Assembly: GCA_002373505.1 (NCBI GenBank)
Contig: DFKE01000016.1
Location: 21,472 to 85,471 of the forward strand
Direction: 5' to 3'
DNA: 64,000 nucleotides
Source: Bacteroidales bacterium UBA3653
GTDB lineage: Bacteria > Bacteroidota > Bacteroidia > Bacteroidales > Paludibacteraceae
A program made the position numbers and the translations under genes. Of this stretch, positions 1-7,673 are shown piece by piece; the stretch's first letter is position 1; every line of letters begins with the position of its first letter. The notes under the pieces were generated by a model. That model searched no databases and had not been told where the DNA came from. It worked only from the letters and a program-made list of their open reading frames with translations.

Positions 1-510
1 TACGACGGCGAGAAGATTGCATGGGCGGTTCCATCGCTCGGATACATTCTCGGAGACGAAGGATCGGCGGCGGTACTGGGCAAGAGACTTGTAGGTGACC
101 TGTTGAAGAATCAGTTGGGCGACGACCTTAAGGAGGCTTTCTTCAAGGAATATGAGACCTCTATAGCGGATATCATCGAGAAAGTATATCGCCAACCCTT
201 CCCTAACCGCTTCCTGGCTAAGCTGTCCCGCTTCTGCGCCGATCACATAGACGACCCGCGCATCCGTGCACTCGTCTATGACCATTTTGTACAGTTCATC
301 CGGCGTAACCTGAAGCAGTATTTCGAGCCGTCAGCCATCAGCCATCAGCATTCAAAGGTGGGTTTTGTGGGGTCTATCGCCTACTACTACCGCCCGATTC
401 TGGAGGAAGCGATGGCGGCGGAAGGCATACAGGTCGGCACGATCCTGCAGGATCCTGTAGAGGGACTCAAAGAGTACCATAAATCCGCCGTCGTACCCAC
501 AACGGAATAA
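1..510 (+). CDS. BadF/BadG/BcrA/BcrD-type ATPase (N-acetylglucosamine-kinase-like), C-terminal part; 5' end lies outside the window
   Basis: Frame 1 is open from base 1 (YDGEKIAWAVPSLGYILGDEGSAAVLGKRL...) and joins track ORF 103..510. GDEGS motif of ASKHA sugar-kinase-like proteins. TAA at 508. Confidence 0.6.
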   Translation, partial: YDGEKIAWAVPSLGYILGDEGSAAVLGKRLVGDLLKNQLGDDLKEAFFKEYETSIADIIEKVYRQPFPNRFLAKLSRFCADHIDDPRIRALVYDHFVQFIRRNLKQYFEPSAISHQHSKVGFVGSIAYYYRPILEEAMAAEGIQVGTILQDPVEGLKEYHKSAVVPTTE

Positions 511-541
511 TTCGTAATTCGTAATTTTTAATTCGTAATTT
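509..541. repeat. heptamer word array, AATTCGT family, intergenic
   Basis: aattcgtaattcgtaatttttaattcgtaatt. TAA at 508/515/522 covers all three frames. The next ATG is at 545. Confidence 0.9.
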
Positions 542-544
542 GAA

Positions 545-1936
545 ATGATCGATACATTTTATCTGCCGGGCAGAGTCTGCTCAACCGCTGCTATCCGTGA
601 GATAGCACAAAAAACCGCTGCTCCATACACCATGATCTGTCTCAAACCCGAAATCGAATGGGTCTATCTGGGACAGGAGCGAATGATCCAGGTGCTCCAA
701 ATGACCGGTGCTACCATGGTCTATGCGGACCGGTTTAATAAATTCAAAATTCAAAATTCAAAATTCAAAATTACGGAAGCGCCCGTCATCGACTACCAGC
801 TTGGTGCACTGCGGGACGACTTTGATTTCGGAGCTGTGCTCCTTTGGGACACCGCCAAACTCAAAGCGTTCGTTGCCGAGATGGACACCGAGTATGAATA
901 CGCCGGACTGTATGACCTGCGACTCCGCGCCAGCCAACTCTCAATTCTCAATTCTCAATTCTCAATTCTCCACATTCCCGAATATCTCTATTACGAGGTG
1001 GAGACCGACACCCGCAAGTCCGGCGAGAAACTCTTCGACTATGTCGATCCGCGCAACAGAGCGGTACAGATAGAGATGGAGGCGTGCGTCACGGTTCATC
1101 TCAAGCGCATCGGGGCGTACTTGCAACCGGACGAATACCAGCCTCTGCCGGAGGCGGGTGAGTTCCCGGTGACTGCCTCGGTCATCATTCCTTGTAAGAA
1201 CCGCGCCCGCACGATTGCCGACGCCGTACGCTCCGCGCTCTCGCAGAAAGTGCGTGCTCCCTACTCGTTCAACGTCATCGTCGTCGATGACAACTCCACC
1301 GACGGCACCGCGGAGATCCTTAACGAAATGGTAAATGGTAAATGTCCAAATGGTAAATTGATTGTCATTTCCCAGGACAAGACCTGGCACGCTATCGGCG
1401 GCAACTGGAACGTAGCGATCCACGATCCGCGTTGCGGCAAGTACGCTATCCAGCTCGACTCCGACGACACCTATTTTGACGAACACACCGTCCAGAAATT
1501 CATCGATACTTTTGAGATGGTAAATGGTAAATGTCAAAATGGTAAATGCCTTTACGGCATGGTGATCGGTACTTACCAACTCACCAACATGGCGGGCGAG
1601 ATCCTGCCTCCGGGCGTGATCGACCACCGCGAGTGGACAGACGAGAACGGCCGCAACAACGCCCTCCGCATCAACGGTCTGGGTGCTCCGCGCGGTTTCT
1701 ACGTACCGCTGCTCCGGACGATCAACTACCCTACCACCAAGTACGGCGAGGACTACGCTGTCGGACTTCGTATCAGCCGCAACTGGCGCATAGGACGCAT
1801 CTACGACGTACTCTATAACTGCCGCCGGTGGGAAGACAACTCCGATGCCAACTGCGACATAGTAGCCATGAACCGCAACAACTGGTACAAAGACCGGCTC
1901 CGTACATTCGAACTTCTGGCACGACTCCATCAATAA
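545..1936 (+). CDS. glycosyltransferase family 2 protein with N-terminal extension
   Basis: 463-aa ORF with GT-A motifs [24 protein letters not shown] and QLDSDD. Carries four in-frame word arrays. Confidence 0.75.
   Translation: MIDTFYLPGRVCSTAAIREIAQKTAAPYTMICLKPEIEWVYLGQERMIQVLQMTGATMVYADRFNKFKIQNSKFKITEAPVIDYQLGALRDDFDFGAVLLWDTAKLKAFVAEMDTEYEYAGLYDLRLRASQLSILNSQFSILHIPEYLYYEVETDTRKSGEKLFDYVDPRNRAVQIEMEACVTVHLKRIGAYLQPDEYQPLPEAGEFPVTASVIIPCKNRARTIADAVRSALSQKVRAPYSFNVIVVDDNSTDGTAEILNEMVNGKCPNGKLIVISQDKTWHAIGGNWNVAIHDPRCGKYAIQLDSDDTYFDEHTVQKFIDTFEMVNGKCQNGKCLYGMVIGTYQLTNMAGEILPPGVIDHREWTDENGRNNALRINGLGAPRGFYVPLLRTINYPTTKYGEDYAVGLRISRNWRIGRIYDVLYNCRRWEDNSDANCDIVAMNRNNWYKDRLRTFELLARLHQ
740..772. 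repeat. heptamer array AAATTCA x4, in-frame in the GT2 gene
   Basis: aaattcaaaattcaaaattcaaaattcaaaatt encodes [11 protein letters not shown]. Confidence 0.9.
939..971. repeat. heptamer array CTCAATT x4 (reverse complement of the GAGAATT family), in-frame in GT2
   Basis: ctcaattctcaattctcaattctcaattctc encodes [10 protein letters not shown]. Confidence 0.9.
1326..1360 (+). repeat. AAATGGTAAATG family (A), in-frame in GT2
   Basis: aaatggtaaatggtaaatgtccaaatggtaaattg encodes [10 protein letters not shown]. Confidence 0.9.
1517..1548 (+). repeat. family A, in-frame in GT2
   Basis: atggtaaatggtaaatgtcaaaatggtaaatg encodes [10 protein letters not shown]. Confidence 0.9.
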
Positions 1937-1960
1937 TTCGTAATTCGTAATTTGTAATTC
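1935..1960. repeat. AATTCGT family array, intergenic
   Basis: aattcgtaattcgtaatttgtaattc. It starts inside the TAA stop of the GT2 gene. Confidence 0.9.
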
Positions 1961-1963
1961 ACA

Positions 1964-3121
1964 TTGAACATCCGCGTAGGAATATTAACGGCTCCGAAAA
2001 TTGAGTTCGAGCAGCGGGAACACACGTTCGTCTTAAAGAACGTGCGTATTGGCATCGGCTTCCATTGGGACCGCCACGAGGATCAGGAGTTCGCCGGCAC
2101 GCTGGAGATAAAGTCTGTTCCTAACCCCGTTATGCAAGGGGGAAAGCCGTGGCAGGTAGCCATCAACACCATTGATCTGGAAGACTACCTCTGTTCCGTC
2201 ATCTCATCCGAGATGAACGCCGACAGCCCCATGGAGCTGCTCAAGGCGCATGCCGTCATCAGCCGCAGCTGGGCAATACGGGCTATTGCCAATAAGCCGC
2301 ATGCCCAAATGGTAAATGGCAAAATGGTAAATGACTTTGACCTTTGTGCAGACGACCATTGCCAGCGTTACGAAGGACTGCGACGGATGAACGAACGCGC
2401 CGTAGAAGCCGTCCGCGCCACTGCCGGGCAAGTACTGACAAATGAACAAATGGTAAATGGCAAAATGGTAAATGAAATCTGTGATTGCCGTTATCACAAA
2501 TGCTGCGGAGGCAGGACGGAGATCTGGAGCACCTGCTGGGAAGACATCGACGTTCCTTATATTCAGTCCGTCGAGTGCCCGTACTGCAACCCTAAACACA
2601 TAAAGGCTTTGAGTTCACATGGTGAACGGTCTTTCGACTTTCTACTTTCGACTTGTCTCAACGACTACGACCGGGAGACCACGGATTTCCATGACTGGCA
2701 GGTGATCTACACCGCCGAAGAGTTGAGCGACATCATCCGCTCCAAATCCGGTATTGACTTCGGCGAGATCATCGACCTCATTCCTCTCAAACGCGGTCCG
2801 TCGGGACGCATCTGCGAACTGAAGATCGTCGGCACCAAGCATACGGAGATCATCGGCAAGGAGTTGAAGATCCGTCTATGGCTGAGCCGCACCTGCCTCT
2901 ATAGTTCCTGGTTTGACATAGAGAAAAACACACCTGCCCCTTCAGGGGAAGGTCGGGAAGGGGCTTCGTCCTTCGTCCTTCGCGGTCATGGCTGGGGACA
3001 CGGAGCCGGGCTTTGCCAGATAGGCGCGGCTGTCATGGCGGCGGAAGGAAAGACATACGAAGAGATTCTGACCTACTACTACCCCAGCACCACACTAAAT
3101 GACCAAATAGTAAATGACTAA
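1964..3121 (+). CDS. SpoIID/LytB domain-containing protein
   Basis: 385-aa ORF with TTG start. HAVISRSWA and CADDHCQRYEG motifs of the SpoIID amidase-enhancer domain. Follows a GT2 gene, a pairing I recall from Bacteroidales genomes. Confidence 0.75.
   Translation: MNIRVGILTAPKIEFEQREHTFVLKNVRIGIGFHWDRHEDQEFAGTLEIKSVPNPVMQGGKPWQVAINTIDLEDYLCSVISSEMNADSPMELLKAHAVISRSWAIRAIANKPHAQMVNGKMVNDFDLCADDHCQRYEGLRRMNERAVEAVRATAGQVLTNEQMVNGKMVNEICDCRYHKCCGGRTEIWSTCWEDIDVPYIQSVECPYCNPKHIKALSSHGERSFDFLLSTCLNDYDRETTDFHDWQVIYTAEELSDIIRSKSGIDFGEIIDLIPLKRGPSGRICELKIVGTKHTEIIGKELKIRLWLSRTCLYSSWFDIEKNTPAPSGEGREGASSFVLRGHGWGHGAGLCQIGAAVMAAEGKTYEEILTYYYPSTTLNDQIVND
2307..2333 (+). repeat. family A, in-frame in SpoIID gene
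   Basis: aaatggtaaatggcaaaatggtaaatg encodes QMVNGKMVN. Confidence 0.9.
2448..2474 (+). repeat. family A, in-frame in SpoIID gene
   Basis: An identical 27-mer, aaatggtaaatggcaaaatggtaaatg. Confidence 0.9.
2631..2657 (-). repeat. GTCGAAAG family in reverse orientation, in-frame in SpoIID gene
   Basis: ctttcgactttctactttcgacttgtc encodes SFDFLLSTC. Confidence 0.8.
2933..2982 (-). repeat. GC-hairpin element (family P, inverted) plus CTTCGTC x2.5, in-frame in SpoIID gene
   Basis: cctgcccc-ttca-ggggaaggtcgggaaggggc then ttcgtccttcgtccttcg. Encodes PAPSGEGREGASSFVLR. Confidence 0.8.
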
Positions 3122-3147
3122 ATGGTAAATGACTAAATGGTAAATGA
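3096..3147 (+). repeat. family A array (15-nt super-period) spanning the SpoIID stop and the methyltransferase start
   Basis: taaatgaccaaatagtaaatgactaaatggtaaatgactaaatggtaaatga. Stop TAA is at 3119 and ATG at 3137. Confidence 0.9.
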
Positions 3148-4393
3148 TTTAGCCTTGCAGCGCGATAAATACAAACACCTCTCTGACGAAGAATGGCGTT
3201 GGTTCTTGCAGCAGGTAGAGGGGCGCGAACGGACGGCGGACAAACTGCCCACTTTCGCTGCCATCGAGGACTGGTGGTATCCGGTACGCCTGTCTTGTGA
3301 ACAGTGCTCCTCGGAACTCACCGCGCGCTACAAAGCACAGATCGTACTTGGCACTTGGTCAAATGGTACTTGTCTTGACCTCACCGGAGGCTACGGGGTT
3401 GATACTTATTTCCTGTCCGAACACTTTGCCCGCACCGACTACGTAGAGCAGAACGCCGAGCTGTGCCGCATCGCCGAGCATAACTTCGCACTTAGTCCAA
3501 AGTCGAAAGTCGAAAGACAAAAACTCTCTATTGCCGTCCATAACACCATCGCCGAGGATTTCCTTCTCTCCTCCCCCTGTGGGGAGGCCGGGTGGGGTTT
3601 AATCTTCCTTGACCCTGCTCGCCGGGACAGCCACGGAGGCAAGGTTTTCAAGTTGGCCGACTGCACGCCGAATGTAGTGGAGTTGTTACCTGCTCTCTTG
3701 GACCACCTTGCGCCGGACGGACGGATCATGCTCAAACTCTCGCCCATGATCGACATCACCCAGGCGCTCAAAGAGTTGTCTGCCGTCAGCGGTCAGCCGT
3801 CAGACCTCACATGGGATGTGTACATAGTAGCCGTCAAGAACGAGGTCAAAGAGGTCTTATTGTTGTCCCAATGCCTCAAAGCCCCGATAAATGACCATAT
3901 AGTAAATGGTAAAATGGTAAATGACCAAATAATCAAATGCATTGATCTCTCCCGCCCCGAACAGGCGTTCACTTTCACCCGCGAGGAAGAGCAAGCGGCG
4001 CAGCCGCAAATTGTAAATGGTACTTGGTCAAATGGTACTTGGATCTACGAGCCTAATGCCGCTATCCTCAAAGCCGGAGCGTACAAGTTAGTCGGAGAGC
4101 GGTTCGGTTTGCAGAAACTCGACCCGAACACCCACCTCTATATCTCCGACCGGCTTGTGGAGCATTTCCCCGGACGCGTCTGGCGCATAAATGATAAAAT
4201 GGTAAATGCCAAAATGGTAAATGGACAAATGGCGAATGTCCTCTGCCGCAACTATCCGCTTACGCCGGAGCAGCTGAAGAAAAAACTGCACCTCCGGGAT
4301 GGAGGCACAGCCTATGTCATTGGTTGCAGGGTGGCAGGCAAGCCCGTTGTGCTTTTAGCCGAGCGGGTGGAAGATGTCCATGCCGAAGGCTGA
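3137..4393 (+). CDS. class I SAM-dependent methyltransferase (THUMP-like C-terminal region)
   Basis: 418-aa ORF with LDLTGGYGVD (SAM motif I-like) and IFLDPARR. The ATG lies inside a word array, so the exact start is uncertain. Confidence 0.6.
   Translation: MVNDLALQRDKYKHLSDEEWRWFLQQVEGRERTADKLPTFAAIEDWWYPVRLSCEQCSSELTARYKAQIVLGTWSNGTCLDLTGGYGVDTYFLSEHFARTDYVEQNAELCRIAEHNFALSPKSKVERQKLSIAVHNTIAEDFLLSSPCGEAGWGLIFLDPARRDSHGGKVFKLADCTPNVVELLPALLDHLAPDGRIMLKLSPMIDITQALKELSAVSGQPSDLTWDVYIVAVKNEVKEVLLLSQCLKAPINDHIVNGKMVNDQIIKCIDLSRPEQAFTFTREEEQAAQPQIVNGTWSNGTWIYEPNAAILKAGAYKLVGERFGLQKLDPNTHLYISDRLVEHFPGRVWRINDKMVNAKMVNGQMANVLCRNYPLTPEQLKKKLHLRDGGTAYVIGCRVAGKPVVLLAERVEDVHAEG
3344..3374. repeat. 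GGTACTTGG family, in-frame in methyltransferase
   Basis: gtacttggcacttggtcaaatggtacttgtc encodes VLGTWSNGTC. Confidence 0.8.
3495..3521 (+). repeat. GTCGAAAG family, in-frame in methyltransferase
   Basis: gtccaaagtcgaaagtcgaaagacaaa encodes PKSKVERQK. Confidence 0.85.
3571..3598 (-). repeat. GC-hairpin element (family P, inverted), in-frame in methyltransferase
   Basis: ctcccc-ctgt-ggggaggccgggtgggg encodes SPCGEAGWG. Confidence 0.75.
3887..3939 (+). repeat. family A array, in-frame in methyltransferase
   Basis: ataaatgaccatatagtaaatggtaaaatggtaaatgaccaaataatcaaatg encodes INDHIVNGKMVNDQIIK. Confidence 0.9.
4008..4042 (+). repeat. family A word fused to the GGTACTTGG family, in-frame in methyltransferase
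   Basis: aaattgtaaatggtacttggtcaaatggtacttgg encodes IVNGTWSNGTW. Confidence 0.85.
4187..4238 (+). repeat. family A array, in-frame in methyltransferase
   Basis: ataaatgataaaatggtaaatgccaaaatggtaaatggacaaatggcgaatg encodes INDKMVNAKMVNGQMAN. Confidence 0.9.
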
Positions 4394-5200
4394 GGTGAAC
4401 GCGTCCGCTTTTTTCAGAGTTTCTGGAGTGTCCAGTTGCACGCCGCCGCAATGAGGTGACATCAGCAGAATGCGGTCGGAGAGGGCGAGCGCCAGATCCA
4501 GTTCATGCGTAGAGATCAGGATAGTCTTTCCCTGTTCGTGAGCCAGTCTCCGCAAAAGTCTCAGTATCATAATCCGGTGTGGCAGGTCGAGATGAGCGGT
4601 TGGTTCGTCCAGAAGGATAACCGGTGTCCGCTGCGCCAAGGCTTTAGCTATCAGTATGCGCTGTTTCTCTCCGTCGGAATGGCTGTTAAAGAAAGACCGT
4701 CCTATGGACTGTAGGACCGCTCCGCTGTCGTTCACTATAGCATCTTCAAACCCCACTTCGCGCAGACTTTCTTCGATGATCCGTTCGTCCTCTTTCGACA
4801 GCCCGTCCAGAAAAGAGGTATACGGATACCGTCCCATCGCCACGACGTCATGCACCGTCGTGTTCTCCAGCGAGAGCCGCTCCGTCAGAACAAGAGAGAC
4901 CGCGTTGCTGTTAGCCCGCCGCGCTGTTAGACCGGTTCCGCCTGTAAGACTATAAGTGCCGGACAAGGGAGGTTGGAGTCCGGCGAGGGTGCGGATGAGT
5001 GTGGACTTGCCGCAGCCGTTTGGACCGAGCATGCAGACCAACTCACCCTCATAGAGCGAGAAAGTAAGGTCCCGCTGAATAGTCTTTCTGCTTTCGACAG
5101 GCTCTGTCCCGTCACCGGTAACCCGTAACCCGTCACCCGTAACCCCTCTATCGGCATACCCGATGGACAGTTTATTCGTAGAAATAGAGACGTTGTACAC
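4355..5200 (-). CDS. ABC transporter ATP-binding protein (iron-chelate/cobalamin-importer-like)
   Basis: 281-aa ORF with Walker A GPNGCGKST, signature SDGEKQR and Walker B ILLDEPTAHLD. Confidence 0.8.
   Translation of the reverse strand: MYNVSISTNKLSIGYADRGVTGDGLRVTGDGTEPVESRKTIQRDLTFSLYEGELVCMLGPNGCGKSTLIRTLAGLQPPLSGTYSLTGGTGLTARRANSNAVSLVLTERLSLENTTVHDVVAMGRYPYTSFLDGLSKEDERIIEESLREVGFEDAIVNDSGAVLQSIGRSFFNSHSDGEKQRILIAKALAQRTPVILLDEPTAHLDLPHRIMILRLLRRLAHEQGKTILISTHELDLALALSDRILLMSPHCGGVQLDTPETLKKADAFTSAFGMDIFHPLG
5108..5146. repeat. heptamer array CCCGT(C/A)A x5, in-frame in the ABC ATPase gene (minus strand)
   Basis: cccgtcaccggtaacccgtaacccgtcacccgtaacccc. The coding strand gives GVTGDGLRVTGDG. 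Confidence 0.9.
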
Positions 5201-7127
5201 GGCGTGAAACGGAGGTTAGTATTTCGTATGTTATTGTTCCGAGTTTGTCGGCGAGTTCCTGCAGCGTCACATGCTCGCCGAAGATCTCGACGGGGTCTCC
5301 CGGTCTGGCGTCGGTGCCGGTGACGTCTATCATTGCCTGGTCCATGCACACATTGCCTACCACGGGGCACCGTTTGCCCCGGATATAGACCTCTCCGCCG
5401 TAGTTGGAGAAGCGGCGGTCGAAGCCGTCGGCATAGCCGATAGGTATGACGGCTATCACGCGGTCCTCGTCCAGTTTCGTATGGCGTCCGTAGCCGATCG
5501 TCTCACCGGCTTTGACGGTCTTAACGGAGAGGATCGTGGTCTCCAGGGAGCACACATTGCGGAGGCGTGCGCCGGCGAAGGAGAAACCGTACAGACCTAT
5601 ACCCAGACGGCACATGTCGAACTGGTAGTCCGTGAAGCGCTCTATACCTGCAGAGTTGAGGATATGCTTTAAGATAGACCGCCCTTCGGGCTGACAGAAC
5701 ACAGACCGCTCTGCTGACAGACCGGCTACGCCTGACAGACCCTCCTTCAACTCCTCCGCGCAGTCGTCGAAATAGCGTATCTGTTGGAGGGTGAAGTCGT
5801 CGAACTGCGCCTCGTCGCTGCCGGCGAGATGGGAGAAGACAGACGCTACGCGGACGGCTTTGGTCTGCTGCAGTTTGCCGATGAGCCAGGGTATGTCTTC
5901 TTTGTAGAAACCGAGACGGTGCATGCCGGAGTCAATCTTGATATGTATCGGCACGTTCTCCAGCCCTTTGGCTTCCGCGGCGGCGATAACGGTCTTGAGC
6001 GACTGGTGGGAATAGACGTTCGGTTCCAGGTTGTTCTCCAGAATCAGGTCCATCGCCGCCACTTCGGGATCCATGATGATGATGGGCAGCGTGATACCCG
6101 CCTTGCGTAACTCGACACCTTCGTCCGCCACCGCTACTGCCAGGTAATCAACTAATGTACAATTTGACGATGTACGATGTACGAAGGAGTCATTTGCTTT
6201 TTGCAAGGCACGGCTGACCTCGACGCTGCCGGCTCCGTAGGCGAAGGCTTTGACCATACAGGTCAGCTTCGTCTCCGGTTTGAGGAGCGACCGGAAATAG
6301 CGCACGTTGTCCACCAGCGCACTCAGGTTCACCTTAAGAACCGTCTCGTGCGTCTGGCGCAGGATCCGTTCGGCGATGACCTCTTCGTCGTAACCCAGCG
6401 CTCTCATGACGGCGGCGCAGGTGCGCACGTTCTGGTGGGTTGGGTCCTCGATGACCTGCTCGGAGTGGATGAACAGTTTCATCTTCTCCTCCCGTTTCTG
6501 CTCCAGCGACGAGAAGTTCTCGTCGTGCTCGTGTCCGATATAGGTGATCACGCCAATGGTAGGACGGATCATGGGCTCCAGCTTCTCCATCTCTCCGGGC
6601 TGGGAGATGCCTGCTTCGAAGATAGCCAATACCCCTCTCCCTTCTGCACTTCTGCACTTCTGGCCCGTGGCCCGTAACCCGTCACCCGTCACCCGTAACC
6701 CCTCTAGCCCCCAAACGCTCAGCGGCACTCCTATCTGTGAGTTATAGGACTTAGGCGAACGGATGATGTCGTAGTCGTCTTTGAGGAGCTGGTATAGCCA
6801 TTCCTTGACCACCGTCTTGCCGTTGGACCCTGTGATACCGATGACGGTACCTTTGAACTGCGCACGGACATACGCCGCCAGAGCCTGCAAAGCCGCTATG
6901 CTGTCGCCGGTGACGAATGCTCGCACTCCTTTTTCCCGCAACTCAGGGATGTATTTCGCGCCGTCGTCTTTGTCCGTCTTGATAGCAAAGAAGAGCGTGT
7001 GCTCCGCCTTTTCCTTGTCCTGCGCGAGCGTCCTGCTGTCGGTGAGCAGATATCGGATCTCGAGGTCATCCTCTCCTGTAACATCGGCAATAGCCCCTAT
7101 TGCCTTCCTGATTTCAGATAATTTCAT
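5172..7127 (-). CDS. alr: bifunctional Mur-ligase-like (MurF-type) / alanine racemase fusion protein
   Basis: Track ORF 5172..7202 trimmed to Met26 (ATG 7127..7125), because 7149-7180 is a canonical promoter. GITGSNGKT P-loop in the N-terminal half and MVKAFAYGAG PLP-lysine motif in the C-terminal half. Confidence 0.75.
   Translation of the reverse strand: MKLSEIRKAIGAIADVTGEDDLEIRYLLTDSRTLAQDKEKAEHTLFFAIKTDKDDGAKYIPELREKGVRAFVTGDSIAALQALAAYVRAQFKGTVIGITGSNGKTVVKEWLYQLLKDDYDIIRSPKSYNSQIGVPLSVWGLEGLRVTGDGLRATGQKCRSAEGRGVLAIFEAGISQPGEMEKLEPMIRPTIGVITYIGHEHDENFSSLEQKREEKMKLFIHSEQVIEDPTHQNVRTCAAVMRALGYDEEVIAERILRQTHETVLKVNLSALVDNVRYFRSLLKPETKLTCMVKAFAYGAGSVEVSRALQKANDSFVHRTSSNCTLVDYLAVAVADEGVELRKAGITLPIIIMDPEVAAMDLILENNLEPNVYSHQSLKTVIAAAEAKGLENVPIHIKIDSGMHRLGFYKEDIPWLIGKLQQTKAVRVASVFSHLAGSDEAQFDDFTLQQIRYFDDCAEELKEGLSGVAGLSAERSVFCQPEGRSILKHILNSAGIERFTDYQFDMCRLGIGLYGFSFAGARLRNVCSLETTILSVKTVKAGETIGYGRHTKLDEDRVIAVIPIGYADGFDRRFSNYGGEVYIRGKRCPVVGNVCMDQAMIDVTGTDARPGDPVEIFGEHVTLQELADKLGTITYEILTSVSRRVQRLYFYE
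5676..5741 (-). repeat. GGTCTGTCAG composite element, in-frame in alr fusion
   Basis: The plus strand carries ctgacagaac, ctgacagacc and ctgacagacc at 16-20-nt spacing. The coding strand encodes GLSAERSVFCQPEGRS. Confidence 0.85.
6155..6188. repeat. ATGTACGAAGG family, in-frame (antisense orientation) in alr fusion
   Basis: atgtacaatttgacgatgtacgatgtacgaagga. Confidence 0.85.
6632..6704. repeat. composite of a partial GC-hairpin word, CTTCTGCA x2.5 and CCCGTNA x5, in-frame in alr fusion
   Basis: cccctctcccttctgcacttctgcacttctggcccgtggcccgtaacccgtcacccgtcacccgtaacccctc. The coding strand gives GLRVTGDGLRATGQKCRSAEGRG. Confidence 0.85.
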
Positions 7128-7148
7128 TGCTGATACAAAATTTGCATG

Positions 7149-7180
7149 CAAATTTACTGCTTTTTTTTGAGATATGCAAG
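7149..7180 (-). promoter_or_regulatory. Bacteroidota-type promoter for the alr fusion gene (CTTG -33 / TAAATTTG -7)
   Basis: The reverse complement reads cttgcatatctcaaaaaaaagcagTAAATTTGcatg, with a 20-nt spacer. Confidence 0.6.
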
Positions 7181-7387
7181 AAAAAATACACTTTTTTGCC
7201 ATATTTATGTCTTCCTATATTAGTTTGGAGATTTTGCACCCAGCGCGGCGCAACACCCGGCTAACACGAACCGGATCATCATCCGCCGCGGACGGCTTTA
7301 CATCCGGACAGAAAATGCCCTGTACGACATCCTCGGAAACAAACAAAGACCCCTCACCGACGATTACGACTCAAAATAGACTCCGCA

Positions 7388-7431
7388 CCAAAGGATAACC
7401 CAAGGATTCCCCAAGGATAACCCAAGGATAG
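7388..7431. repeat. 11-nt-period array (CCCAAGGATAA x4), intergenic
   Basis: ccaaaggataacccaaggattccccaaggataacccaaggatag. Confidence 0.9.
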
Positions 7432-7455
7432 AAGCCTTTTTCTGCACTTTGGGCG

Positions 7456-7488
7456 CTTTTACTATATATACGTAGTATATATACTTTT
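7456..7488. repeat. conserved AT-palindrome block, copy 1
   Basis: cttttactatatatacGtagtatatatactttt, with 9-bp arms at 7463..7471 and 7475..7483. It differs from 16523..16555 at one base. Confidence 0.9.
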
Positions 7489-7558
7489 TGTTGTATAAAT
7501 ACTGTTTGCACAAACCGGATTTACCATCCAACGCAAAGCACTAAAGTTCTTTGCACGG

Positions 7559-7597
7559 ACAAAAATCGTCTCTCGGGGCGATTTTTGTCTTTTTTAT
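7559..7597 (+). terminator. intrinsic terminator with no annotated gene upstream
   Basis: 10-bp stem acaaaaatcg/cgatttttgt, 10-nt loop, then cttttttat. Confidence 0.6.
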
Positions 7598-7628
7598 TTG
7601 CATATATGCAAAAAAAGCAGTACCTTTG
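7597..7628 (+). promoter_or_regulatory. Bacteroidota-type promoter for dxs (TTTG -33 / TACCTTTG -7)
   Basis: TTTGcatatatgcaaaaaaagcagTACCTTTG with a 20-nt spacer, about 45 nt upstream of ATG 7674. Confidence 0.7.
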
Positions 7629-7673
7629 CGGCGTAAATTGCGTGAGTATGCGCTCACGTGAACGAAAACAAAG

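Noticed and set aside
962-1933. Long antisense or out-of-frame ORFs (962..1933 -, 9893..10942 -, 30960..32243 -, 34123..35025 +, 35251..36336 +, 45787..46563 -, 47633..48616 -, 62333..63340 +, and others).
   Set aside because: Each lies entirely within a longer ORF that has clear family motifs. Their translations are low-complexity (Arg/Val/His-rich), as is typical of shadow ORFs in GC-rich, codon-biased genes.
7203-7673. TPP riboswitch upstream of dxs (the enzyme uses thiamine diphosphate).
   Set aside because: I could not find the conserved CUGAGA / ACCUGAUCUGGAUAAUGCCAGCG-like cores, and dxs is not a known TPP-riboswitch target.
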